The notes beneath the pieces are model-generated. The model was not told the DNA's origin. It did not search any database and was given only the letters and a program-made list of their open reading frames with translations. Positions 9,627 to 18,015 of a stretch of DNA of 32,000 nt are shown here, one piece after another (position 1 is the stretch's first letter; each line of letters begins with the position of its first letter). The DNA is taken from assembly GCF_000015145.1 (NCBI RefSeq), contig NC_008818.1, forward strand, positions 1,110,001-1,142,000. Direction: 5' to 3'. The stretch comes from Hyperthermus butylicus DSM 5456 (GTDB lineage: Archaea > Thermoproteota > Thermoprotei_A > Sulfolobales > Pyrodictiaceae). The translations under genes were made by a program, and so were the position numbers.

Positions 9627-9866
9627 GTGCAGGCAGCAATGCCTGCATCCGCCGTACTAGATGAGGTTGACAAGGCGATACTCAAGGCACTAAAGGAGAT
9701 TGGCGGCCCTGCAAAGCCAAAGGATATTGCTGCCCGTGCAGGCCTAGACGCGAGACGCGTAGCAGCTAAGATGAGGAAGCTTAGGACGCTAGGCCTCGTC
9801 GAGAGGCTTGAGGAGGGCCTCTACAAGCTAACCGAGGAGGGCGAGAAGGTAGCAAGCGAGAGCTGA
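9627..9866 (+). CDS. Small winged-helix DNA-binding protein (putative transcription regulator)
   Basis: 79 aa. The sequence ILKALKEIGGPAKPKDIAARAGLDARRVAAKMRKLRTLGLVERLEEGLYKLTEEG follows an HTH plus wing pattern. The start is GTG 9627 or ATG 9639. Confidence 0.55.
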   Translation: MQAAMPASAVLDEVDKAILKALKEIGGPAKPKDIAARAGLDARRVAAKMRKLRTLGLVERLEEGLYKLTEEGEKVASES

Positions 9867-9891
9867 TCCATCACCACGTCACTTTACACAC

Positions 9892-9910
9892 TTGTTTTGG
9901 GTGTTTTTGC
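9892..9910 (+). terminator. Oligo-T terminator after the wHTH gene
   Basis: The sequence cttgTTTTgggtgTTTTTgc lies 26-44 nt after the stop (9864-9866). Confidence 0.45.
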
Positions 9911-10008
9911 TTCCTACATTTCTGCCTTGCCAGTCCCGTAACATATTGCCTGGCTGTATTTTCAGCCCTATCATTCTGTAGAGTATTACGTTACTATAGC
10001 ACCCCTAC

Positions 10009-10022
10009 AAATAAAATATATG
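10009..10022 (+). promoter_or_regulatory. TATA-box-like element upstream of the S25e gene
   Basis: The sequence aaataaaatatatg is the only strongly AT-rich block in the 9867-10058 spacer. It lies ~40-50 nt upstream of the start, which is preceded by GGGGGTG (SD-like). Confidence 0.4.
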
Positions 10023-10058
10023 TGCTAACAGCTGCCAGCTGCCCCTCAGCCTGGGGGT

Positions 10059-10295
10059 GTGAGTATGTCCGAGAGGCAGGGAAGGGAATATACTGCCTAC
10101 GTTCCTGAACAGCTATACAAGAGGATTGCAAGAGAGGTAAAGAGAGAGAGCTTCGTCACACCATACATGCTCGCCGAAAAATACAACATGACTATCAGTC
10201 TTGCTAGACAAGTGTTGAAGCGCCTAGCAAAAGAGGGTATTGTTGAATTATACTCGCCTAGCCGTAGAGCACCAATATACGTCGTCAAGAAGTAG
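10059..10295 (+). CDS. rps25e: 30S ribosomal protein S25e
   Basis: VPEQLYKRIAREVKRESFVTPYMLAEKYNMTISLARQVLKRLAKEGIVELYSPSRRAPIY is the typical S25e winged helix. The start is GTG 10059 or ATG 10065. Confidence 0.85.
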   Translation: MSMSERQGREYTAYVPEQLYKRIAREVKRESFVTPYMLAEKYNMTISLARQVLKRLAKEGIVELYSPSRRAPIYVVKK

Positions 10296-10419
10296 ACTCT
10301 CTACATGTCTACATGATTTAATACATCCACTTGCTGCACCTACTACAGCCCTGTTTTAATCGTTGGCACACTGCCTTCTTCTTTGGGCTCTCCAACTCTC
10401 AGTCTTGGGGGTAGGGTAG

Positions 10420-12438
10420 ATGATTAAAAGAAAGACATCCATGACTGCTTTCGATGTCGCCGCCGTAGTTCGGCAACTTAGTGGACTTCAAGGGAGCAGG
10501 CTTGCAAACATCTACGCCTACAATGGCGGGTTTCTGCTCAGGTTCAAAGGCGCTGAAGATGCACGAGTTGTCGTTGTTCCTGCAGTAAGACTCCATGCAA
10601 CAAGGTATGAGCCTGCAGAGAGGGGGACTCCTCCCCCGCTTGTTATGGGCTTGAGGAAGTATATTCGTGGAGCCCGACTTGAAAGCGTTGAACAGCACGG
10701 GTTTGACCGTATTGCAGTATTCAGGTTTTCCCGCGGCAATGGCTCCTATGTACTTGTTACCGAACTCCTTCCTCGTGGTGTTGTTGTTCTCGCTGACTCG
10801 TCCTGGAAAATTCTACACGCTAGTGAACAGCGCGAAATGAGAGACCGTGTTATCAGGAGAGGTGTTGAGTACCAGTTTCCTCCGAGCAATACTATACATC
10901 CCTCCCAGCTTGCAGGAGAAACCGTTGAAGAAGCCTTATCGAGTGGTAGTGGAGAAGCAATTCGTATTTTAGCTCGTAGATTAGGTTATCCCGGCGAGGT
11001 TCTCGAAGAGGTTTTTGCAAGGCTCGACATACCTGTAGACGCTAGTGCAGACAGTCTTGCTGGCCGCGGCGACGAGATAGCCGAGGCTATACGCAGACTA
11101 TATGAGGAGTGCATGCAGCTGAAAGGCTACATAGTGTATGATAAGGGTGTTCCATTAACCGTAACTTGCTTTGAGCCCCGCGGGCTAGCTGCTCGTTACG
11201 GATTTGAGTACCGGGCATTTAACGACCCTAGTACAGCTTACGACGAGTACTTCCTCACGGTTGCACGAGAGGCGGCTGGAGCTAGCACTGTTGCAGCTGA
11301 AATTGAGGCAGAGAGAAAGAAGCTGCTCGCCTCTCTTGAGGCCGCCCGCCGCAACCTTGAGCACTTACGTAAGAAGCTTAGAGAGCTTGAAGAACTTGCA
11401 GAGATAGTGTCAACAAACATAGCCGACGTATATGATGCTGTGGAATGCGCCCGAAAAATGAGGGAAACTGCTGGCTGGGAGCAGATACCTGGCAACTGTC
11501 CAGGCGTAGTCGACGTTGAACCGAACAAAGGTATCATTAAGATATCAATTGTCGGGAACATAGTACCAATCGATATACGTATGGAGCCAGGCAGACTCGT
11601 CGTCGACTTATACAAGAGGATTGGCGAGGTGAGAGCAAAGATTGAGCGTGGCGAGAAAGCAGTGAAAGATATTGAAGCTAGACTCGCCGAGCTCGAGGAG
11701 AAAGTTAGGCAGCGCTTGCTCCGTGCTCGTGCAATGGTACGGAGGAAGGAGTGGTACGAGAAATATCACTGGGTAATAACGAGCCATGGATACCTAGCCA
11801 TCGGCGGCAGGGATGCCAGCCAAAACGAGTCCGTGGTTAAGAGGTACCTCAATGATAAGAGGATATTCATGCACGCAGATATACATGGTGCACCAGCTGT
11901 AGTCTTCTTCGCTGAGGGCCAGACACCGCCAGAACAGGATCTGCGTGAAGCTGCAGCCATAGCTGCTGCCTACTCTAAGGCCTGGAAGGCTGGTATTGGT
12001 AGTGTGGACGTGTACTGGGTTTGGGGGAGCCAGGTTTCGAAGGCTGCTCCTGCGGGCGAGTACCTTGCTAAGGGCGCATTCATGGTGTACGGCAAGAGGA
12101 ACTATATACGTAACGTTGAAGTCAAGATAGCTATCGGGATTGGCCTAGAGGACGAGTATAGCCCTGTAGTCATAGTAGGCCCTGATAGCCTCGTGAGGAG
12201 GAGGAGCATCGTGTATGCCGTGCTAGCCCCAGGCGATGAGGACCCCTCAAAGCTCGCCAAGAGGCTTCGGAGCCTCCTCGCGGGGAAGGCGGGAGAGTAT
12301 AAGCCTATAATCGAAGCTGTAGGAGTTGAAGAGCTACGTGAACGCATACCGGGTCGGGCGAGGGTCCTCTATGTCGGTAGGGGGAGCAGAGAAGAGCCGC
12401 CGAGACCTCTTCGAATACTACATGGAGAGGAGAGTTGA
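10420..12438 (+). CDS. NFACT-family protein (archaeal RqcH/FbpA/NEMF homologue, ribosome quality control)
   Basis: An NFACT-N-like N-terminus (AFDVAAVVRQL..L.GSRLANIY) is followed by a central coiled coil. The NFACT-R/DUF814 core is HWVITSHGYLAIGGRDASQNESVVKRYLNDKRIFMHADIHGAPAVVF. Confidence 0.85.
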   Translation: MIKRKTSMTAFDVAAVVRQLSGLQGSRLANIYAYNGGFLLRFKGAEDARVVVVPAVRLHATRYEPAERGTPPPLVMGLRKYIRGARLESVEQHGFDRIAVFRFSRGNGSYVLVTELLPRGVVVLADSSWKILHASEQREMRDRVIRRGVEYQFPPSNTIHPSQLAGETVEEALSSGSGEAIRILARRLGYPGEVLEEVFARLDIPVDASADSLAGRGDEIAEAIRRLYEECMQLKGYIVYDKGVPLTVTCFEPRGLAARYGFEYRAFNDPSTAYDEYFLTVAREAAGASTVAAEIEAERKKLLASLEAARRNLEHLRKKLRELEELAEIVSTNIADVYDAVECARKMRETAGWEQIPGNCPGVVDVEPNKGIIKISIVGNIVPIDIRMEPGRLVVDLYKRIGEVRAKIERGEKAVKDIEARLAELEEKVRQRLLRARAMVRRKEWYEKYHWVITSHGYLAIGGRDASQNESVVKRYLNDKRIFMHADIHGAPAVVFFAEGQTPPEQDLREAAAIAAAYSKAWKAGIGSVDVYWVWGSQVSKAAPAGEYLAKGAFMVYGKRNYIRNVEVKIAIGIGLEDEYSPVVIVGPDSLVRRRSIVYAVLAPGDEDPSKLAKRLRSLLAGKAGEYKPIIEAVGVEELRERIPGRARVLYVGRGSREEPPRPLRILHGEES

Positions 12439-12682
12439 GCGGCTTAAGCTCTCAGCAGTGAGGATAATATCAGGCCTCGTGCTTGGCATTGCTGCAGCCC
12501 TAGCAGAGTCAACCACAATCGCATATGCGCTCTTCACGGCATACCTTGGCATTATACTTGTTTCGGGAGAGTACGCTAGGGCGAGATATAAACTGCTAAG
12601 AAGCCATGAACCATATACAGCCGGGCTAATCAGCGGATTAGCTGCATTCGTCTTGGGCGTCATCCTTGGCTCGGCGCTGTAG
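12422..12682 (+). CDS. Small membrane protein (about 3 TM helices), unknown function
   Basis: I trimmed the track ORF 12326..12682 to the ATG at 12422 (MERRVERLKLSAVRIISGLVLGIAAALAE...). That start overlaps the NFACT stop by 17 nt. Hydrophobic segments are evident. Confidence 0.45.
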   Translation: MERRVERLKLSAVRIISGLVLGIAAALAESTTIAYALFTAYLGIILVSGEYARARYKLLRSHEPYTAGLISGLAAFVLGVILGSAL

Positions 12683-13355
12683 CCCCATTGGTGGGAAGTA
12701 GTTGCCAGCAGCTTGGCAATCCCTGCCCCTTTATTTCCCGGAGTTCCTCAAGGGCCAGACCTGCTGCCAGCAGTTCCCGCAGCTCCGGAGCCATCAATGG
12801 TTCTCCATTAACTTTTGGGTACGCGTAGGGCAGTTCAACCTCAATCACGCCAAGATCTCCCAGGTCGATGCTTACCACGGGATTTAATACGACCTCAAGT
12901 CTGTCTGGCGCCACTCCTTCTAGAGTCTTAACTGCAGCATAAACCGCACCATCGATGCTGAATTGGTGGGGGCCCAGGCTTCTAGCTTTCATTCCGCTTG
13001 CACGCCTTGTCAGCAGCTCTCTCGTTCTTCCCCGTGGCGGGTGGTCCCCGAGAATTCCACCAATAACTATTGCCTCCGCATTAGCTGCCTCCTGCGGGTC
13101 CAGCAGTTTTTCCGCTTGGGGATCAAGGATTATCACATTGCTCCGAGAAGTGTAGAGAGTACCTTCAAGCTCTACTATACTCTTCTCGTAGCATGGAGCT
13201 ATCATGCTTAGCTCTTTACAGCAACGCCCCGCATTCGTGAATACAAGCCTGCCATGGGCTAACCGAGCTGCGTGGCGGTACTCTGCAAGTATCCAGCGGG
13301 ATAGTACGGGCTCAAGATGCTCTATCACTATTAGCGGCTTCTCTCTCCTTTTCAC
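12660..13355 (-). CDS. SPOUT-class SAM-dependent methyltransferase, DUF431/Sfm1-like
   Basis: IVIEHLEP..S.W...EY at the N-terminus and AIVIGGILGDHPPRGRTRELL match motifs I recall from yeast Sfm1 (IIEHMEE...; FVFGGILGDHPPRDRT). Confidence 0.7.
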   Translation of the reverse strand: MKRREKPLIVIEHLEPVLSRWILAEYRHAARLAHGRLVFTNAGRCCKELSMIAPCYEKSIVELEGTLYTSRSNVIILDPQAEKLLDPQEAANAEAIVIGGILGDHPPRGRTRELLTRRASGMKARSLGPHQFSIDGAVYAAVKTLEGVAPDRLEVVLNPVVSIDLGDLGVIEVELPYAYPKVNGEPLMAPELRELLAAGLALEELREIKGQGLPSCWQLLPTNGATAPSQG

Positions 13356-14223
13356 GGCTCCACAGCTCCCTCCGAAGAGCCTCCAGAGGCTCGTAGGGTA
13401 CGCCCATAAACTCTGCCGCAGAGATCACTCTTGCTGCAGCACCTTCTGCCAGCTGACGTAGACGGTGTAGATATTCAATATCTCTTGCAAAGTGGTGGTC
13501 TGCAACTATTATGGAGCCTGGGAGTTTTAGGGCTAGTTGACGCAGGTTTTCAAGTCCTCTATGGACATCCTCTTCTGGCACCTTTACACCTTCAAAGTAG
13601 GTTGGAGGCCCACTAATGAAAACAACATCAGGCTTGAGGGATAGTATTGTTTCGAGGGCCCTCACCGATATTGGGCCTTGCACGTCTGATGCATGCAGGA
13701 AACGCTCTCCGCAACATTCGACTGAAACCATTACCACGTAGCCTAGTTTGCTTCCCTCAGCGCCATGCGGTACGGGCTCCGACCCGGCTATTACGAGATC
13801 ACCGTCGATCTTGTAGCTTTTCGCGTCGAGGATATCTATGCGCTTTGCCAGCTGGCTGACGTCGTAGCGGGATAGAAGACGGTGAGCCCTAATTCTTTGG
13901 CTAACATTAATACTCGCCTTAGGATCCTTTATTATCAGCCACTTGTCCCGATATACCTCTGCGTCCTCGGGCTTGTAGAGGTAGTGGTCATAGTGGTAGT
14001 GTGTTATGATGATAATATCCGTGTCCTGTAACTCGTCAATTATGCGTTCTCTGACTTTCTCAACTCTCTCAAGCTCTATGGGGTGGGGTGGAAGCCCGTA
14101 TCTTCGAGGGGCATAGCTAACACCAGGGTCAATAGCTATCTTTACGCCGCCAGCGTCAACGAACGTGGCCATCGACCGTACTCCAGTACTATCGGATGCG
14201 ATTATCTTCACCCTAAGCTCCAC
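13312..14223 (-). CDS. Metallo-beta-lactamase-fold protein (archaeal UPF0282-like)
   Basis: An HxHxDH-type motif (IIITHYHYDHY) is present, with downstream His/Asp ligands (VPHGAEGS, HASDVQGP, VADHHF). Length is 303 aa. Confidence 0.7.
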   Translation of the reverse strand: MELRVKIIASDSTGVRSMATFVDAGGVKIAIDPGVSYAPRRYGLPPHPIELERVEKVRERIIDELQDTDIIIITHYHYDHYLYKPEDAEVYRDKWLIIKDPKASINVSQRIRAHRLLSRYDVSQLAKRIDILDAKSYKIDGDLVIAGSEPVPHGAEGSKLGYVVMVSVECCGERFLHASDVQGPISVRALETILSLKPDVVFISGPPTYFEGVKVPEEDVHRGLENLRQLALKLPGSIIVADHHFARDIEYLHRLRQLAEGAAARVISAAEFMGVPYEPLEALRRELWSREKEREAANSDRAS

Positions 14224-14344
14224 GCCACGTGCACCCTTTAGCTAGCAGTTGAGGGCCTCGGCGGCGGCCACCAGGCGTAGGGGTGTTCCACACCTTCAGC
14301 CATGGATTTCGGATGAGGGGAAGGATCCCCATCGGCCCCATTTC

Positions 14345-14758
14345 CTAGTCTACTGGTTCTACTCTATAGCCTTTAAAGAGCCAGCTAAACCTCTGGTATG
14401 TCTTCTCATCAAGAATTATATCCTCGCCCTCAGCTGCGAAGCGAAGCCCTTCTATCGGATGGCGTGGGGGATCCGGGTAGTTTTGTAGTTCTGGAGGCTT
14501 ATCTCTACCGACATAGATCCAGCGTATCCGCGAGGTCTTGCCCTTCTTTCCAGCATAGCTTACTTTCCACCAATACCTGCCTATGTAGATGTACCGCTTG
14601 AAGCCGTTCTCGGTTCTCCTTGTAACTATGTGCATGGGCTTTAAGTAGTAACCGGTTCCGGCTATGAGGCTGTTATAGTGGTATATCATTCTCTTATACT
14701 CTTCAATGATTGCTTCTACTGCTTTGAGACCACCTATAATCCGTAGCCGGCGCGGCAC
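14345..14758 (-). CDS. Hypothetical basic protein, 137 aa
   Basis: A clean ORF sits between MetRS and the MBL gene on the same strand. An aromatic/basic beta-hairpin-like core is present (RYIYIGRYWWKVSYAGKKGKTSRIRWIYVGRDKP). I recognise no family. Confidence 0.5.
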   Translation of the reverse strand: MPRRLRIIGGLKAVEAIIEEYKRMIYHYNSLIAGTGYYLKPMHIVTRRTENGFKRYIYIGRYWWKVSYAGKKGKTSRIRWIYVGRDKPPELQNYPDPPRHPIEGLRFAAEGEDIILDEKTYQRFSWLFKGYRVEPVD

Positions 14759-14838
14759 CTTAACACTGCCCCGAGGCGAGGACTTAATGTTGAGCTGAGC
14801 CTAGGCTGGGGCAAAAACAGTTCCGTGCCCCACAATTC

Positions 14839-16557
14839 CTACCAGCGTAGTAACGGCGGCCTCTTCTCCATGACTTTTCTCCTTATCTCCTGTAGCTTAC
14901 TTGCTATCTCCTTGTCGAAGCGTGCTGGGAGCTTGCGGAAGAGCTGTTCTGGCTTACCTATCCTGTGGCCTGGCTTTATTATCATCTCACCAGCCTGCTT
15001 CCAGCGCCCTGGCTCATGCACGCTACCTGGAAGATTTAGCATCTTCCAGAGCCTCTCGGCAGAGTCTGGCGTGAACGGCGCCAAGAGTATCGCTAGAGTA
15101 GCTACAGAGTTTACTGCGAGGTACATTGTTGTAGCTGCATCCTTTGGATCAGTCTTTATCTTATCCCAGGGTGCCTTGGTGTTCAAGTACTGGTTGCCCT
15201 TACGGGCTAGCTCTATAACTTCTCCTAGGGCCTGCTTGAGTCTGACTTCTTCGAAATACTTCTCGGCCCTTCGCGGGGTCTCTCTTATAGCCTTCTCGAA
15301 CTCCTTGTCTGCATCGCTATAGGAGCCTGGTTCTGGCACTACAGAGCCAAACTTTGATTCTATGAATCTAAGTACTCGATGGACGTAGTTGCCTATGTCG
15401 TCATTCATTTCGGTATTAACTATTCTCAAGAACTCACTCCAAGTAAAGTTTGTGTCCTTAGCCTCAGGCCTCATCCTTATGAGGGCAAACCGCCAATAGT
15501 CAGCTGGAAGTATCTCTAGAGCCTCATCTATCCAGATGCCCCATCTGCGGCTCTTTGAGAACTGTTCGCCCTCGTACATCAAGTACTCTGTAGCAGAGAT
15601 GTAGCTTGGTAGTACGTATGGATCACCGCTACCGATTAGCATTGCTGGCAGGATTATTGCATGGAAAGGTATGTTGTCCTTGCCTATGAAGTACACGGTC
15701 TTTGTCTCGGGGTTGAACCAATACTTCTTCCATAGTTCGGGATCTCCCTTCTTCAGCCCATACTCTTTTGTGGCTGAAATGTAGCCTAGGAGCGCGTCAA
15801 ACCAGACGTATATTGTCTTGCCCTCGGCGCCGGGGAATGGGGCTGGAATCCCCCACTTGTTGTCCCTTGTTACGCTCCTAGGCTTGAGACCTTCCTTAAG
15901 CATGTTAAGGCTGTAGTTTTTGACGTTTGGTGGGAGATTTGACTCGCGGAGCCACTTCTCAACCTTCTCTTGGAGTTTTGGAAGATTGAAAAACCAATGC
16001 TTACTCTTGCGGAACTCTACGGGGCCACCACATATTGAGCAACGTGGGTTTTTGAGCTCTGTGGGGTGAAGTAGTCTGCCACAGTTGTCGCACTGGTCCC
16101 CATAGGCTTTCTCGAAGCCACAGTATGGACATGTACCTACGACAAAGCGGTCTGGGAGGAACATTTTGTCGCGTGGACAGTAGGGTAGTACGTCGTCCTG
16201 CTCGAATATGTAGCCGTTCTGGTAGAGCTTCATCATGAATTCTCTCACAAACTCCTTGTGTACAGGGTTCTCGGTGCGCGTGTAATTGTCAAAGCTTATC
16301 CTAAATTCTTCAAAGAGCTTCTTCACGTACTCGTGTGCTTGGTCGGTGAGCTGCTTGGGGTGTACACCCCTCCTTATGGCTTCAACCTCTATTGGAGTGC
16401 CATGTTCATCACTACCGCTAACGAATACTACGTCTTCGCCCTTGAGGCGCAGGTAGCGGGCGAAGACGTCGGCAGAGAGTATGGAGCCTATGAGGTTGCC
16501 GAGATGTGGAATGCTGTTAACATATGGCCATGCAGAGGCTACTATCCACCTACCCAT
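14839..16557 (-). CDS. metG: Methionyl-tRNA synthetase
   Basis: The HIGH-type motif is [10 protein letters not shown]. The KMSKS-type motif is KFSKSRRWG. The zinc knuckles are [18 protein letters not shown] and CSICG. Confidence 0.95.
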
Positions 16558-16682
16558 AACAACTCACCGCTACTACTACCCTGGAAGGGGCTATGTGCTA
16601 CCTATCTCTAGCGCGGCTTGTTTTGGCTCTTTATTAACTCTGCCCGGTACCAGTCTATAGAGCGCGTAGTGTACCCAGGGGT

Positions 16683-17612
16683 GTGGGGCCGAGTATGGTG
16701 GTAGTACACGCCGCTGTAGGCAACATCAACGTTGACATATACCTTGTCGTAGATGATCTGCCGAGGCCTGGCGAGAACATTGTAGCACGTGAAGCCTACA
16801 TAGGCCCTGGAGGCGCGGCTGCAAATTACTCTGTCGCGGTCAGGCTCTACGGGCATCAAGCAATACTTGTAGGACATACTAGTGTGTTCGCTGAGCGGCT
16901 CGGCATCCTTGACGCGCTTAGGGGGAAGGGAGTCAGCCTCAGCCTTGTAAGGATACATGAAGGTGAGTTGCCGGGCATAGTAGTGGTGCTCGTTACACCC
17001 AACGGCGAACGTACCATGCTTGCGCTGCGCGGCGCCAATAACATGCTTACAGGTAACGAAGCTAGGTGTAGATGTGACGTGCTCCACGTGGCTAGCCGTG
17101 ACACCAACGTGCTTAGCAATGCTTCTACAGCCGCCTCGGCGGAGCTGGTGTCGTACGACCCAGGCTCCTCGGTTGCACGTAGTGAAGGTGCAGGCATCAT
17201 TGAGGCTGCTAGGAGGCATGTGTCAATACTCTATCTCAACAAGCTAGAGTACGAGTACGTAACAGGTACAAGTGAGCTGGATAGCGTTGCAAGGCTCCTC
17301 GGTGGAAAGCTCCGCTACGTTGTCGTGAAATTGGGTGCTGAGGGCGCGTTAGCTGCAACTCCCGATGGTGTATATCGTGTAGAGGCGTATAGGCATGGAG
17401 CTGTTGTTGATCCCACAGGGGCTGGTGACGTATTCGCCGCATACTTCAACTCCGCGCTGGCCGACGGCTACAGTGTTACCGAGGCTCTACAGTATGCTTC
17501 CGTAGCTGCGGGAGTGAAGGTTTCGAGACGTGGAGCCCAGAGTGCCCCTTCAAGGAGGGAGGTTGAAGAGATCATTGCTAGCCGTCCGCCGAGGGTCTGG
17601 AGGATCGCCTAG
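16683..17612 (+). CDS. PfkB-family carbohydrate/nucleoside kinase (ribokinase-like)
   Basis: VGNINVDIY lies near the N-terminus. GGAAANYS is present. The C-terminal ATP/anion-hole motif is DPTGAGDVFAAYF. The start is GTG 16683 or ATG 16695. Confidence 0.85.
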   Translation: MGPSMVVVHAAVGNINVDIYLVVDDLPRPGENIVAREAYIGPGGAAANYSVAVRLYGHQAILVGHTSVFAERLGILDALRGKGVSLSLVRIHEGELPGIVVVLVTPNGERTMLALRGANNMLTGNEARCRCDVLHVASRDTNVLSNASTAASAELVSYDPGSSVARSEGAGIIEAARRHVSILYLNKLEYEYVTGTSELDSVARLLGGKLRYVVVKLGAEGALAATPDGVYRVEAYRHGAVVDPTGAGDVFAAYFNSALADGYSVTEALQYASVAAGVKVSRRGAQSAPSRREVEEIIASRPPRVWRIA

Positions 17613-18015
17613 GCTGCCAGAGCTTAGGCTTAACTGCAGACTATCCGATGACAGATACTGTGCGAAGTGCTGCTATAATACCGAGATGCCGCTCACAAGG
17701 GAGGATATAGAGAGAATTGAGATGCTCGGCTATCCCCGCAGCTACTTCATTGTAGTCGGGCCCGACGGGGTTCCGAGACTGAGGAACATTGACGGCCACT
17801 GCATTTTCTTAGATCCTGGAACGGGTAGGTGTAAGATCTATGAGCATCGTCCTCTCGGCTGCAGGCTGTATCCCCTGGTCTATGTGCCTGGCGAGGGTGT
17901 CGCTGTGGATCTGGAATGCCCTCTAGCCCACGCGGTTCCGAGGCATGTTGTGAAAAAGTTTGAAAGGCAATTGGTGAGACTCGTAAGGGAGATCTATGGA
18001 GAGCTAGAGGACTAG
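17530..18015 (+). CDS. YkgJ/UPF0153-type cysteine-cluster (CxxCxxCC) putative Fe-S/Zn protein
   Basis: NCRLSDDRYCAKCC...GHCIFLDPGTGRCKIYEHRPLGCRLYP is the family signature. The start is uncertain. In-frame candidates are GTG 17530, GTG 17542, TTG 17563 and TTG 17575. All of them overlap the 3' end of the kinase gene. Confidence 0.7.
   Translation: MEPRVPLQGGRLKRSLLAVRRGSGGSPRLPELRLNCRLSDDRYCAKCCYNTEMPLTREDIERIEMLGYPRSYFIVVGPDGVPRLRNIDGHCIFLDPGTGRCKIYEHRPLGCRLYPLVYVPGEGVAVDLECPLAHAVPRHVVKKFERQLVRLVREIYGELED

Noticed and set aside
12326-12421. 5' part of track ORF 12326..12682
   Set aside because: This stretch lies inside the well-supported NFACT CDS in another frame. The hydrophobic protein only begins at the ATG at 12422.
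14825-15322. 165-aa plus-strand ORF
   Set aside because: It lies entirely antisense to metG, whose identity is unambiguous.
16608-17219. 203-aa minus-strand ORF overlapping the PfkB kinase gene
   Set aside because: The plus-strand frame carries clear ribokinase-family motifs. The antisense product is Cys/His/Arg-rich nonsense typical of GC-rich shadow frames.
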